Part shown: positions 25,849 through 39,430 of the stretch, one piece after another | Layout of the letters: each line of letters begins with the position of its first letter | Numbering within the stretch: position 1 is the first letter of the stretch | Source: Paraspadella gotoi | Taxonomy: Eukaryota > Animalia > Chaetognatha | Assembly (NCBI GenBank): GCA_051294375.1 | Contig: CM119264.1 | Location: 7,628,151-7,692,150 of the forward strand | DNA: 64,000 nucleotides | Direction of reading: 5' to 3' | Position numbers and translations under genes: made by a program | Notes under the pieces: generated by a model | The model's input: the letters and a program-made list of their open reading frames with translations, nothing else | What the model was told of the DNA's origin: nothing | Databases searched by the model: none

Positions 25849-27628
25849 ACAGGGGGATTGTTTCTGTTTAATGAAGCTTCGAATCGAAGATGCGTCCTGC
25901 CCATTAGCATTTCTCAGTCTTCGCGCCGGGCGCCGTTCCTCTCCTCCTTTTCTATTCTTCGCCTTCCTCCCTTCCTCCCTCTCCTCCTCTTTCGCCAAGA
26001 TATTCTCCTTTTCTTCTTCTTCTCCTTTCCTTCTTTCCTCCTTCCTTTCCTCCCTTTCCTCGACCCGAGTCGAGAAAAGAGACAAAGAAAGAGGAATAGG
26101 GCGACGAGGATAATCCTGAACGGGGCCGAATCGTCGTCGTTGTTGTTTCGTTGTCGTTGTTACAGCTGTAGTTGTTTTTCGTTGTTGTCGTTCCTCCTCG
26201 TGACGAACAACATGCCGGAGGGCGACCAACCGAAGAAGAGAAGAGGAGGGGGTGGGGGAGGCGGAGGAGGAGGAGGAGGAGGAGGACGAGGAGACGATGA
26301 CGGATGAAGGGAGAGGAAAGGATTGAGTTACTAGAGCGGATGAGACGAAGGGATAAGATGAAGCTCGAGTGAAGTTTAAGCCGATGAGAGAAATTATAAA
26401 ACTGAGAAGATTATGAGACGAGCATCAAGACAACGAAGATTTGTAACTCGATTTAAAATTTGATTTTAAATTTTTGTTCGATTGCTCGCATATATAAAAA
26501 TTATATGTATGGACTTTCGTTGAGACCGAAGGAGCGATCAGTGACAGGCTGGAGTGGTATAAGAGCAGGAAGATAAGCGATGGAGCGAAAGAGATATTTT
26601 TTTTTTTCCCGAGTTTAAAAAAATAAACAGAGTAGAGAAGAGTATTTGTGCGTCAGATATCTGAACTTGGAATATGGAGGGACGAATAGTTGAATAGTTG
26701 TCGTAAGTGAAGCAGGATTGATGTATAAGAAAATTAGATTTGTTAGAGCATTGAGAGGAGTGACTCTCGACTGGAGCATTGGGGCGAGAAAAAAAATTGT
26801 GGTAATGTACTATGGGAGTATTAGACTCTTCGGTGGAGCAGAGAGACTGGATCATAAAATGAGTCAAGTCGGTTAGAGGAGTATTTAATATTTAATGTCA
26901 GAATGTGTCGAACATTGAATGAAAGATGAAGACAAGAAAGAGAAGTCCTTTGGTCGATTAATCAATTTATTGTTTTGATGTCAATGTCTAAATTCCATTC
27001 GAATGATAATTTATCGAATATTGTTTTTGATTGGTTGAAATTGTATCTGTGTTGGTCTTTATTTTATCTTGTTTATGAACTCAAGCAATCGCGAGTAAAC
27101 TGATGAACTGACAAGCGAGCAGTTCTTCTGCGAAACGACAGCAACGACTGCGCACCAGTTTGCAAAGGTTGCACGAGTCTCATCTATTTTTCAGCGAGAG
27201 AGAGCGACAAGCCAACTCGTTTTAGAGAAAATTTATGACGAACTTTTTTTCGCTTCTGGCGACGAATCTTGAATGGAAGGGTTGAGGGAATATTTTTACT
27301 TCATAGATCAAGACTCAAATGTGACTTTTATTTTCATCTCCACATAAAATTTTATTTTAAAGTTCATTCTCTACGTTTAACGAAACAAAATGCGGGATAA
27401 AGTGCAACGATATTTTTTTCGGATATGAAATAAGCTTATCTATTTTCGATCCGACTTGTTTTCGTTTCGGGTTTTCAGCAATTAGTGTTTGTTTGTAAAT
27501 AAGAAGACGAGGAATTCATATTTTGAGTGTGAGATTGAGTGACGTGCGACGAAAGTATTACACAACATCGATGCGACGACATAAAGCGAGATATAAAAGA
27601 TTTTTTTTTTTGTAGTCACGACAGAAAT

Positions 27629-27679
<51 letters not shown>

Positions 27680-28402
27680 TAAAACCCGACGAAATCACGA
27701 ATCACACGCGGATGGTGCGAAGTTTGTTGATGTTTGCTCACAATATTATTAAATTTTTTTTTGGCGCAAAGAAAAATTGAAATTTTTATTACGATAGCGA
27801 GAACGAGTGAAGTAGCGAGTGAGACAGCGAGTGAGAGTGACAGCGAGCGAGGGAAGTCGTTACGAAAACTTGTAGGCGGGTGAGGCTGGGGATAGTAAAG
27901 TTCTGGGTTTAATCGGACTGGGAAAGTTTCCTTATTCGCTTATCCAGACCAAATTTTCGGCGCTTCGTTGATGGGGTCTTTTCGGGTCGAGATGGGGTGA
28001 GATAAGGTCGTGCTGATGGGGTTGGGAAAGGGTCAAGTCGTCGAGCGAAGGGGCGTCGGGATGGAGTGGCCTCACTGGGGGGTTGGGGGAACAGATGGAA
28101 CCGCGTGTTTTCGAATGAGAGAGGTTGAAATGACATTTATTTTAGAATGTTATCTTTAGAAGAAAAATCCTAGACGAGAAAGAAAGAACGGCGTTCGTAA
28201 TAAAGAACAGGACGCCGCGGGACAGGACAGAGCAGCCGCACGACGCAGTTAGAATGCTCGAGTTTCGACATGGCGCCGCGAGTTTAGCGAGCGTCCTAAG
28301 TAAGCTAAGGCGCGGCGCCGTCGAAGGGGGTCGGACCACGACGCCGCGACGTCGCCTTTCTCCCTTTCTTTCCCTTTTTATTTTCAGGCTCGCGGCGCCG
28401 GG

Positions 28403-28693
28403 TCACGATCCGTCGGTCGCTTCCGAAGAGCCGAAGAGCGAGTCCAAGATTCGTTGCACCTCCTCCGTTTGAAGTTTATACATGATGAAGAAGAGGCTGA
28501 CCATTCCCACAGTGACGAAGATCCCGATAGCCGCGCAACGACGAGACTGCTTCCCAAGCAGGTAGGCATCCTTGGAGTTGTCCATCGCCGCCGCCTTCCG
28601 CGCCTGCAGGGCGCTCCAGATGGCGGCGCCGCCGAAGCAAATGTTGCAGAAGACGAAGACGAAGATTGAGAGAACGAGATGGCGTTGGACGTC
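28403..28693 (-). CDS. Terminal exon of a CD225/dispanin-family (IFITM/PRRT/SynDIG-like) membrane protein
   Basis: Translates DVQRHLVLSIFVFVFCNICFGGAAIWSALQARKAAAMDNSKDAYLLGKQSRRCAAIGIFVTVGMVSLFFIMYK...*. This has the CD225 layout: hydrophobic segment with FxNxCxG, a basic loop, then a TM helix. It is preceded by a pyrimidine tract and CAG acceptor (ctttccacacccag|GAC), phase 0. Confidence 0.85.
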   Translation of the reverse strand, partial: DVQRHLVLSIFVFVFCNICFGGAAIWSALQARKAAAMDNSKDAYLLGKQSRRCAAIGIFVTVGMVSLFFIMYKLQTEEVQRILDSLFGSSEATDGS

Positions 28694-28935
28694 CTGGGTG
28701 TGGAAAGGTGAAAGGGGGGTAGGGGAGAGGGTAGGGAAGGGGATAGGGAAGGGGGTAGGGCATGTCAGGCAACAAAAGACAAGTGGAAAGGGGTTAGATG
28801 ACAAAGAAGAAAAGAGGGGTAGGGAAAAGATTGTGCATGTCTCATCTTTTTCAAACGAAACTATGTACTATGTCAGAATGCATATATTGAAAATTATTTC
28901 TCGTCTATGCATAGCGTTAGTTTACGAAAGACAAC

Positions 28936-28989
<54 letters not shown>

Positions 28990-29012
28990 GTTCAAAACTA
29001 ACAACTACTCAC

Positions 29013-29426
29013 TTGTTTAGGGCAACACGGCGCCCTCTCGATAGGGATCGTGATCCTCGTATCCTTTTTCACGATCTCGCCCGGCGGCGCCGAATCTCGC
29101 CCGCCGACGTCGCCTCCAGCTCCTCCTGCGCCGCTGCCTCGACTCCGCGACCTTCGACTAGAAGACGAGGCGTTGGATCGTCGGCTGGAGTCCAGGGCGC
29201 GTTTCTGGCGGCGCATCTCGACGAGAATGTCGAAAGGGTCCGTGAGGAGGTCCTTCTTTCGATCCTCCTCCTTCTTCGGCGCTTTCGACACTTTGGACAG
29301 AATCGTCTCTTTCGTCTCGTTCCCTTCTCCGTCCGTCGTTACGAAGGAGACTTCGTGCGGACCCGGAGAGGCGCCCCCCGGCGCCGTGGGGCGTGGCTTC
29401 TGCAGCGCCGCGATCATCGTCGCCAT
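29013..29426 (-). CDS. Upstream coding exon of the CD225 gene (disordered, charged N-terminus)
   Basis: GC-rich open frame MATMIAALQKPR...ERAPCCPKQ ends at a canonical CAA|GTGAGT donor in phase 0. It joins the CD225 exon in frame across a 319-bp intron (28694-29012), giving about 234 aa. The true start may be 29505 (see findings). Confidence 0.75.
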
Positions 29427-30573
29427 CGCCACCTCTCGCTTTTCTTTGGGCAGCCCCTCGTCAGCGCCCGGCCGCGGCGGCGCCGTTGGGAAACGAGGAG
29501 GCCATGGTGGATAGTGGGGGGGGGTGGAATAAGGGGTGAATAGAGTGGGGATGGTAGGAAGGGAAGGGGGATTAAGGGCCAACCGAAGAGAGAATTCGAT
29601 TGGATGCTGAATTATTTTTTTTTTTTATTTGGTTGAGTCGTTTTTCATTTTCTCTTCATATTCGCTTCGTCGATATGTTTGCATGTGAATTTCGAATCTC
29701 TCTTCTTCTCTCTCGCTCTCTCATTCTCTTTCTTTCGCACGAAGAAACTCTCTGATCAGTTCGCGGCCGTCTCTCTCACTCTCCCTCCTCGCGAGAGGGA
29801 GAGAGAGAGACAGAGAGGGTGAGGAAAATCGAGTCGCGCTTTCCGGTCGAGGGCGTTCGTGCGAAGAAAGTCGCGGAATCGGAGATGATGTATCTCATGA
29901 CGTTGATTCTGTCGACGGAGTGGGGCGTCGGCGTGTCCCCAGAGACAGAAGGCCAATTTCTTCTTCGATGCTTTGGACCTTGGGGTCGTCGTTACTGTCC
30001 GTTAGGTTTTTCGAACGCCGAGCTTCGATCGCCAAAGGACGAAAGGATTTTAGTCGATAAGATAAGAATCCATCGAAGCATCGGCGCTTGGCTGCGTGCA
30101 TGATGATTTTTAATCCGGGTCGTCGACAGACTTGATCCAGTTTGGGTTGGGGCGTCATGAAGGTTTTGATCTGAAGCGAAAGAGGGACGCGATATTAAGG
30201 GTTGGAATGGAAACACTAATGGAAAATATTTGTTTTTTTTTAAATGGCGATTATAGCAGCGCGGCGGGTGATAATTGTTTCCAAATTGGATTTTGCGTCT
30301 CTTTCGAATGTTGTGAAAGTGAAAATGGAAGAAAAAAAATAAAAGATAAAAAAAGAGAAACAGGGGACAGAGAGAAAGAAAGAGAGAGGGAGAGAGAGAG
30401 GGAGAGAGAAAGAAACAGAAAGGGACCGCTTTGAAATTGGATCATAAATCTTTTTTTCGTGGATTGAAACCCGTTGGTGGGATTGTAATTTTTCACCTTC
30501 AAGTGACAAACAGTGACTCCATAGAGGCGTGAGTTAGTGCGAACGCCAGTGAGGGCACTGGGAATAGGAAAGG

Positions 30574-30645
<72 letters not shown>

Positions 30646-30925
30646 CAGGGAGAGGGTGGAGAGAAAGGGAGAGAGAGAGAGGAGAGAGAAGAGAAGAGAA
30701 AGTAATGACAAAAATAAGACAAAGATGACAACCAGTTCGCTTTTTAAATAGGAATTTATTAGGGCTCAAGAGAGCGGGTTATAAAAAAGTGACATGATAA
30801 AAAATGCGACGTCTGAACAGAGATTGAAACATGTTTGGCAAATATGTAGTCATTTTTCACAAAAAAAAAGAGTTTATGTGAACGGACGTGAGTGTGCCTT
30901 CAATGAAGATGGAAGGAGAGAGTTT

Positions 30926-30983
<58 letters not shown>

Positions 30984-31690
30984 GAAACGATTAGAAAAGG
31001 AAAGAAGGAAATGATGGATTTCTTTTTTTTTTAGATTTCAAAGGAATCTGCTGTAAAAAAAAAAATTCTTTATTTATTTTTATCCTCATATTTTTTTTCT
31101 CTCTCGTCAGTTTGTTGATTTTTTAATATTTTTTTTTAATCATTTTTTTTTTTATTATTTTTTCGTCGATTTTCATCTTCAGTCACTTATCATAAGATTT
31201 GAAATAGCAAAAAAAAATTTTATTCGCGTCGCATGCACCCAACTTAACATAGGCAACCACACATTTTTTTATAACATTTTACTTGAATATTTCGAAAATT
31301 GTTTTCCACAGAACCGAAAACTTTGTCTATGTCTTTCTTTCTTTCTGTCTCTCTTTTCCTCCAATTTCACATTTAAAAAATGTCAATTTTTTTAAATCCC
31401 AGATCTCAGAAAGCCTTGCTCATCTTATTAGTCCTTGTAGTATAATCTTTAAACTAATTTTACACTTACCGGCATTTCTTTCCCATTTCGGTCTTATTTA
31501 TTTTCTGACCAAACAATAGACTCTGCAACCAAATAAGTTGTTTCCAAGGCAACCGTGACCGGTCTCTTTTCCCAAACCGATTGCCCATCTTCGTCCAAAA
31601 ACAAGAACGGTAATTCCAATGTTATGCGTCGCAGTGACTTTATTTTCACGTCTATTTCGCTTTCATCACATTCCGTCTTTTATTCGTTAT

Positions 31691-31835
31691 AGTTTTAGGA
31701 ATTCCTGAAGGCGGAGCTAGCAGTCTTTTAGATTTGAGGTTTTTTCTGTCTTAACAAATGAGCAACCAACTCAGACAGACCGACCGAAAAGTGACTTACA
31801 GAGTTGCTCCGCGAGTACTCGCGGCGCAACTAAAA
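31691..31835 (-). mobile_element. Helentron/DINE-1-like element, copy 2
   Basis: Inverted copy of 4555-4750 lacking about 50 internal bp. Contains a 30-nt near-perfect palindrome at 31802-31831. Confidence 0.6.
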
Positions 31836-32637
31836 AGGGGGGATATTCATCAGCGTTGCCAACTGGTGCCTCGCCTTTAATCACTGCTCGTCCTTTTCTC
31901 GCAAAATGGCGCACCGCTGCCGCCGCCACCGCTGCCGACGCCACCACCGCTGCCGCTCTTTCCAGAGTCGAGTCCGCTACCGACGGCGGCGTCTTTGTTG
32001 CTTCCTCCGCCGCACAGTTCTTTCTTTTTTTCGCTTCTGACTTTTTTCTTTATCTTTTCAGCCTTTTTTTTTAATTAATTCATTGTTTTCGTCTTTTTCT
32101 TCGTAATTTTTTTCTCCCATTTTTATTCGTCATTTTTCTATATTTCCTTCTTCCGCCATCTTTTTCTCATTTCTTCTTGGTCTCTTAAACTGAAAACAAT
32201 AATAAAAGAATTTGGAATTCTTTAAATATATATGTAGTTCGAAGGAATGGAAAGGAAAGTTAGCCATCGCCTTTCACGTAATTACCAATCCGTTCTCATT
32301 TATTTGCAGCTTCGACATTAATCTAGTCGAAGCGTCGAGCTCTCGCGACTTTGAACCTGACATCCGACAATTCGCTGACAGGGCGAATGCAGCGTACGAA
32401 ATGAAAAAAAAAGAATAAATTTGCATGGAACTCGAAACGTTTATAACTTCCCCTTAAAATTTAAATATTCGTAATAAAAAGGGAACAAAAAGGGAATCTG
32501 AAGGGAAACACATTCTCCATCAGCGCTTTAGTTTTCCCGCCCTCGCATTAATTTAAATAAATGTCTGTCTTTTTTCCAGAAAAATCCATTTCCGCTTCTT
32601 CTCTCGTTTCCACGACGCTCTCTCTCTCTCTCTTACT

Positions 32638-32703
<66 letters not shown>

Positions 32704-33554
32704 AATCAATACTCAGGAAACAAAATGCTAGAATATACGGGACACTAGGAACATTTCACGAGGAAAGTCCACTCCCGAATCACACTCGGTGTCACATCGT
32801 AAACAGCAACACACAGAATAAAAAAAATTATAAATTTTCATCCTAAACACTTCAATTACTCCCTTCTCCCCTGGGGTTTTATCCCGCGTCGCTTTGCACC
32901 TAATTATTAATAATGACCTAAGTTATTAACCTACTTATATGGACTTTCTCCCCACCTCACACATCTTAATTCTTCCACCCCATCCATCTATATGAAGGGC
33001 AAAATCTCTAGACTTACTTATCGATCGACGCCAGAAAGACTGATAAGAGCGAATGTCCGAACGAGAAGGAAATTTCCATTTACAATCGGCTGAAGATTGG
33101 ACAGTTCCAACCAATCGGTTAAATCGAGTCGTCGTTGTTTGTAATCTTCCTTTCTTTACCACTCTCCAGTCTCCATCACTGCGTCTCTGCTCAATTGGAT
33201 CACTTCATCTTTCCTCCATTACCCAATGCCCGTATTATCTCTATCTTCACCAATCATCTTCGTAATTTTCTTTAGAAATCCCAACTCATTCCTCAACTGA
33301 TCCCATCTTTACACTCTCTATCACATCACCTCCATCTCTCTCCCTCTCTATCTCATCATCTTCTATACGATCTTTCTATCTCTTCACGACTCCATCCCTC
33401 ACTCCGTCTCCCTCCGGTCTTCGCCGGCGATCGCCGCGAACCCGATCTCAATTATCGGCTCACCTCCTCTCTCCCCACCCACACCATTTTTCCTCTTCCT
33501 TAATTAAGGCCAACAAAGGCGGAGTCACGGTTGTTGTTTTTTTTTCTCCGTCGT

Positions 33555-33591
<37 letters not shown>

Positions 33592-33740
33592 TCGTCGCCG
33601 TCGTCGTCGTCGTCGTCGTCGTCGATTTAATCGTAAAATCCAAATCATTGTTTTTGCCGAGATCTGCCTTCGACCGGAAGACGGTTTTAATCAATAAGTC
33701 GGCGAAAATGATGCTCACACCACACAAAAAAAGAAGCAGA

Positions 33741-33800
<60 letters not shown>

Positions 33801-33806
33801 AGAGAG

Positions 33807-33838
<32 letters not shown>

Positions 33839-35629
33839 TATTCACATCATAGCAACTTTTCAACTTTTCAAGTGAAAATTGAAAGTGATTTCTTTTAAAA
33901 ACATTTAAATATGTCCCTTTTTTTAAATTTTCTATTTCTCTTTAAACCAGATTTTTTTCCTCTTTTTTCCGTCGGATTTTTTCGTCGTCGATTCTTTTGT
34001 TTGAGTGAAACAAATCCGCTGAGAATATAATTGATATCCTTGGCGTCGAGACTGTCGTCGTCGTCGTCGTCGTCGTCGTCGTCCGTTTTCGTAGCCAAAA
34101 TCAAGCGGAAATGTTATTTTTTTTGTTTTTGTTTTTCTTTATTTTCGAGGGAAAAAAAATCTGAGAAAATCCGTGAAAATCTCGGCCTTCGCTATTTCCT
34201 CCTTTGTTTTCCACTTTTCCGCCGATTTTTCCTCCTTTGTTTTCGATTCGTTTTTTAACTTTTCTTTTCTTCTGTTGTTTTTTCCTCTTCCTCCTTCTCA
34301 TCACATTTTTCTTCCTTCTTCATTGTTTTTCTTCCTCCTTCCTTTCTCTTTTTTTTTTTTAATTTCCGTTCGTTGTCTTTTTCATTTATTTTTTTCCATT
34401 TTCTTTCTTCTTTTTTTTTTTCGACCGATGAGCGGCGCAATGGTCGCTGAGCGGTTTCTCGGTATCTCTTTTCGGTCGGTAATTGTGAGCAATCAGCAAT
34501 TAATAATGTTTGTCGATTCTTTTTTAAACCAAGATCCGTTAGGAGCCGAGAGAAAATCGAAATTGATCGTTAAGTGTCACAAACGGTCGAAGACTTGGTC
34601 GTCTGACTGGAAATGTGGCTTCGCGCTTTTCTTGACGTCCAAAGTAAGATCAAAGGTTTTTCTTTGTTATTTTATATATATATATATATATTTTGTCTAG
34701 AAAATGTATATTTTCTTTTGTAATTCGTATGTTTAAGCTCTATCAAATCGCTATTAGCAAAATATTTTAATACAAATTTATGTTCTTTTTATAAACAACT
34801 AGTAAGAAAGTCACTAAAGCAGAAGAAACGGAACTTCCTTTGATCTGACATGATATATCTTGACATATTAATTGCTTAATAGTTGAATTGTTCCGAAGCC
34901 GGAAAATGTCAATCTGAAGACATTCTTTTTTCCGTCGGTTTGTACCACTTATATTAAAAATACTTTTATATATATTAATATATATATATTAATAATGCTT
35001 TTATCAATTAAGTTTATATTTGGTATGAATGTAAGGCACCATAAAACCTTTAACGTGCATATATATCATACGTGATAACCTTAAATATCGATCACATGAC
35101 CCAAAATTTAATGTCGATTATATCGTTGCTTTTTTGTTATTTTTGCTGAGCGGGAAGGAACCTCAAATCAAAGCGACTATAAGCGACACCTGTTTTTAAA
35201 AAGAATATGAAGAATAAAAAATATTTTCAGATGCAGTGCATGTTTTTCCTAGTTTTGAGATCATTTGTCTTCCCCGATGTCAGCCATGTTTTTCATATCA
35301 TCAACACATTTATCATTTATTTATTCTTTATCTATTTTTTCATGAAAATCGAAAATAAAAGAGATAGTACAATTTTAGAAACTTTCCTTCTTTTCGGCGC
35401 CCTCCTGTTGTTACTGATCCCCTAACCAAACTTCAGCAAGCTTCCCTTATCCCTACGGCGCCATCTTCAATTTCTCCCGGCGCCGAAAACAACGACGACG
35501 AGGACGACGACGACGCCGGTTCCATTCGCCAAAAGCCAAAAAAGCCGGTAACGAGGAGTCGCTAAAAAATCCAGACGCGAAAGGCTCAACTGATATTTGC
35601 CGTTGGTGGCACCAAAGGTTGGACAAACT

Positions 35630-35830
35630 GGCGATGGGATGATGGGGCAGGAAAAACTGAAACGACTGATGATGTGGCTGGACGGATGGAGACGTTTGAA
35701 TATTGGGATGGACAAAAGAAGACAACTAAAGATGGGACTAGACAATAGAAGACAGTTAATGAACGGGCTGGTAAAAAGGAGACAACTCATGATGGGGCAG
35801 GTCAAAAAAAGAAACCCAATGATTGATGAT
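35630..35830 (+). repeat. 33-bp degenerate minisatellite
   Basis: Repeated agacaactNatgatggg-like units, which appear as an 11-aa RRQLMMGL periodicity in the ORF track. Confidence 0.65.
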
Positions 35831-37812
35831 GGATGTAGTTTTATTTAACAAAAGTTGCTTACTTTTTTTGAGTCTTAAACTAAATGGAGCTTGAAAGATT
35901 TTTCAATGGATCAATAAGAACGCGAAGTTTAAATTTTTCTTGAATTTTTAGGCATTTGGGAGTTTAGAAAGCGGGCTGAGAACAAAAAGGCGGAGAGGGA
36001 GACGGTCAAAGAGGTTTTCGCGAACGAGAGAAAAAAAACATTAAAAAAAAAAAAGATAATAAAAACTGGGAAGGGTCGTCTCACGATAACAAGAACTTCC
36101 AACAGGAGGATGACAAAGCAAACAAGCGTTAAAAGGAACCGGCGTCGATGCCGCTTTCCGCCGCCGCCGCCGCCATCCCTGTTTCCACAAGCAATTGATG
36201 GGTGGGGAGACTGGGGAGTAGAGCGGGAGGTTTGGTTTCCGTATACGATCTAGCTTTGTCCTTTACATCCAATTGCACCTCCATTCCCGCCGCCCACGCC
36301 GCCCACGCCACCACCGCCCCCGCAACCACCGCCACCACCACACCCGTCCTTCTTATGGCCGTCAATTTCGCTTTTTTTTTCGGCGCCGCCTTTTGTTTTC
36401 GTTGTTTTCCTCGTTATCCTCGTTGTTTTCCGGGAAATCGTCATGCGCCGTCTATGGGGACGGATAAAAACGACAGCGAAACGACGAGGGGAAAAAAACA
36501 AAAAAAAACAAAGAGAAAAACAACGTTGTCACTTTGTTATATTTTGAAGGTTTTGGGTTTTGGGTTTTTTGTTTGTTTTTTTTGTTTTGGTTTTCTCCTC
36601 TTTTTTCTGACAAAAGGTAAAAAATGAAGGGAAATAAAACCAGAATAATTTTGAAAAACTCCCAATTGATAAAGTTATTGTCATTGTCTATGTTGACGTT
36701 ATCATTTCTTTTTGTTGTTTTTTTTTTATGAGACCCCAAAACAAAGAGAAAGAGTCTACAAAATCGTTTTCCACTTCCGGTTCCTCAATCACCTGATCAG
36801 GAGGCCAGCGATCAAATTCATCTGATTCGCATTGAGAAACGTCAGTCATCATCGAATCACCAGTGATTCACCACCTTCACCGCGTTGATCACTCCCAAGC
36901 CAACTGATCCCAAAAGCGTCCCCTCCGTCCCTAGATCCAACGACGCCTGCTCCCAATCGACTCCTGCTAACCAATCGACGCCTGGTTCCGTCGTCGTCGC
37001 CGCCTGATCCCCGTTTTTTTTCGCGCGATTTGATTCTTCGCTCGATGAAATCAAAAGGAGAATCGAGATTCGGTTCCGTCTCTTTTTCGGAATTCCATTT
37101 CATCGGCGCCGGAAGAGATGACGCCGACGGACGAATGAACAATAGACGGTTGAAATGAATCTCAGATGGACAGAAAGAGGAACGTACTGATAGAAATACG
37201 GAGATAGGGACTCACGGAAAGACAGACTAATAGAAGAGCAGACGAGAAGGCTCACGAACAAACAGATTTAAGGTTTCAAAGACTAATTACAGTTATAGCG
37301 ACAGTTACTCACGCATGCGTCCAGCTTTTCGATCGTTGACGGGTTTAATGTGAAAAAATATGTTTAATATTTAAATATTTAAATATATTTAAATATTATA
37401 AATAAGATCCATATGATTTTTTTTATTCCTTTAGGCGCCGCGTACAGAAGACACGGACGATTGAGCGAAATGAAGATAACGAATTGTGAAAAAAATCTTT
37501 TGTCGAGAATTTTTAATAATAATTTCGAGCTAAAGTTTCCCGTCGTCGTTGTTGTTGTCGTTGTTGTCGTTGTTGTCCTTTTCTCTTTTGTTCTTTTATC
37601 GTCTATTTTTCTTTTAACGATGCTCACGCGTAGAGGCGATGATTCGTTCAGGAAAACGATTTTCTTTTTTGACGCAAAGACGACGACGACGACGACGCAT
37701 ATCGTGGAAGCGACGAAGCGACGACGACGGAGATTTCGTTTTGGCGGACGAAAGAATTCGGGCCGGGATAGTTTCTCTCTCTCCTTCTCTCTCTTCTCTC
37801 TCTCTCTCTTCT

Positions 37813-37875
<63 letters not shown>

Positions 37876-38366
37876 AACTCGAAAACTCGAAAAACTCTGC
37901 ACTGTATCGATTATTGGATTCGCATAAACTCACGCTGCGTTTGAAATCGATGTCACGGAACGCGCGCGCGCGCTCTCTGGCGGAATTCCCGAAAAATGAA
38001 AATGAAAAATTTAAAAATGTCGACAGCTGACCTTAAGCTAATATTATTTCATGTAGTTTTATTTATTTATTTATTTATTTAATAGTTTGCTTCGTACGTT
38101 TTGAGTTTAAACTTCGTTGTGAATGAATTCGTCAAATGAAGACAGAGAGAGAGACGGACAGACTGGCAGACAGACGAGAGAAGGAGCCAGACAGTGAGTG
38201 AAATCGCAAGAGCATTGCCAACCGCTGAGAGGCAGTTCTGGGCAGCGATCCAAAATAAAAAGAGGAGCTCTCCACTTGGATTCAGTCACGTGACTTCAAC
38301 CTCGTCCAAATTAGTCTCATGACCACAAATTTCCAACTCATTCGCGATAACGGATCGTTTCTCTCT

Positions 38367-38463
<97 letters not shown>

Positions 38464-38754
38464 TTTAAAAAAAGACAATTAATTAATTTTCGAATCGATC
38501 TCTCAGTTTCCGCCGACTCGAAAGGCAGTTTATCCCCATGACGATAGAAGAGGGAATATTGATAACCGTTTAATTAAAATAAATTAATAAAATCTAATCT
38601 TTCCTCCTGATTTACTACTCGCTCGATACATTTTCTGTTTTCAGAAATCTGTCCTTTAAAATTATAAAAAAAATTCCCATTTTACATTGATCTAATTCAT
38701 TGTAGACATGAGTTAGTTTAAATACATGTAAATTGCATGAAATTATTATAACGA

Positions 38755-38980
38755 ATATAAACTTATCCGTTTTCTTAGATAAGTCTCAAGCTGTCTTCGG
38801 GCTATGCTGGTTTGAAGCCTCCATCCCTCTTATATGATAATAACACACCAGGACTGTGCAAGATTTCAATTAAGTCTCTCTCACAGTCAGGTTTATTACC
38901 TCCTAGAGTTTATGGCTTCCTGGTCAGTGATCGATGATAGGGTATAATGCATTTAAGTGCTGTTTAAATTGTATGAAATT
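38755..38980 (-). mobile_element. Dispersed repeat, diverged copy D
   Basis: Shares ggtttgaagcctccatc, tttcaat..agtctctctcacagt and ggtataatg blocks with copy A. The ribozyme-like loop is degenerate. Confidence 0.65.
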
Positions 38981-39169
38981 ATGTTATATATTATTCGTTA
39001 TATATAACGGAACGAAAATAAGAGATATATGTTTTAGGTTTTATGTTATATGTTATAATAAATTTAGTTAAGGGCCGAGAAGCTTCTCACAACAATCATA
39101 ATCAGTTTCATCCCCGCGGGGAGGAGAAAATTGTTCGATCCAAATATCGTTAGGTTTTGTCTGAGAAGA

Positions 39170-39430
39170 AAGAAAGGATCTTAAAGGGTAAAAAAGGATT
39201 GAGGGAATCTTAAAGGGTAAAAAGCAGAGGGAATCTTGAAGGGAAAAAAGAAGAGAATATCTTAAAGATAAAAAAAGCAGAGGGGAACTTAAAAGGAAAT
39301 AAGAATAGGCTATCTTAAAGTAAAATAAAGAGGGGAGTATAAAAGAAAATGAAGATAGGAATCTTAAAAGGAAAAAAGAGAAGAGATCTAAAAGATAATA
39401 ATGCAGAGAAGAGAGGAAAAGACTCAGATA
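39170..39430 (+). repeat. Purine-rich minisatellite of about 28-30 bp
   Basis: Recurrent gaatcttaaagggtaaaaa(gca)gagg units. Confidence 0.65.

Noticed and set aside
27100-27140. CTGATGA...GAAAC hammerhead candidate
   Set aside because: Stem II is not adjacent to GAAA, and there is no stem I/III or NUH site.
29756-30216. Additional upstream coding exon of the CD225 gene
   Set aside because: All frames are interrupted, and I found no donor/acceptor pair linking it to 29013-29505. It may be UTR or promoter.
36129-37142. GC-rich minus-strand ORFs (78-97 aa)
   Set aside because: No recognisable domain or consistent splice structure. They cannot be supported without transcripts.
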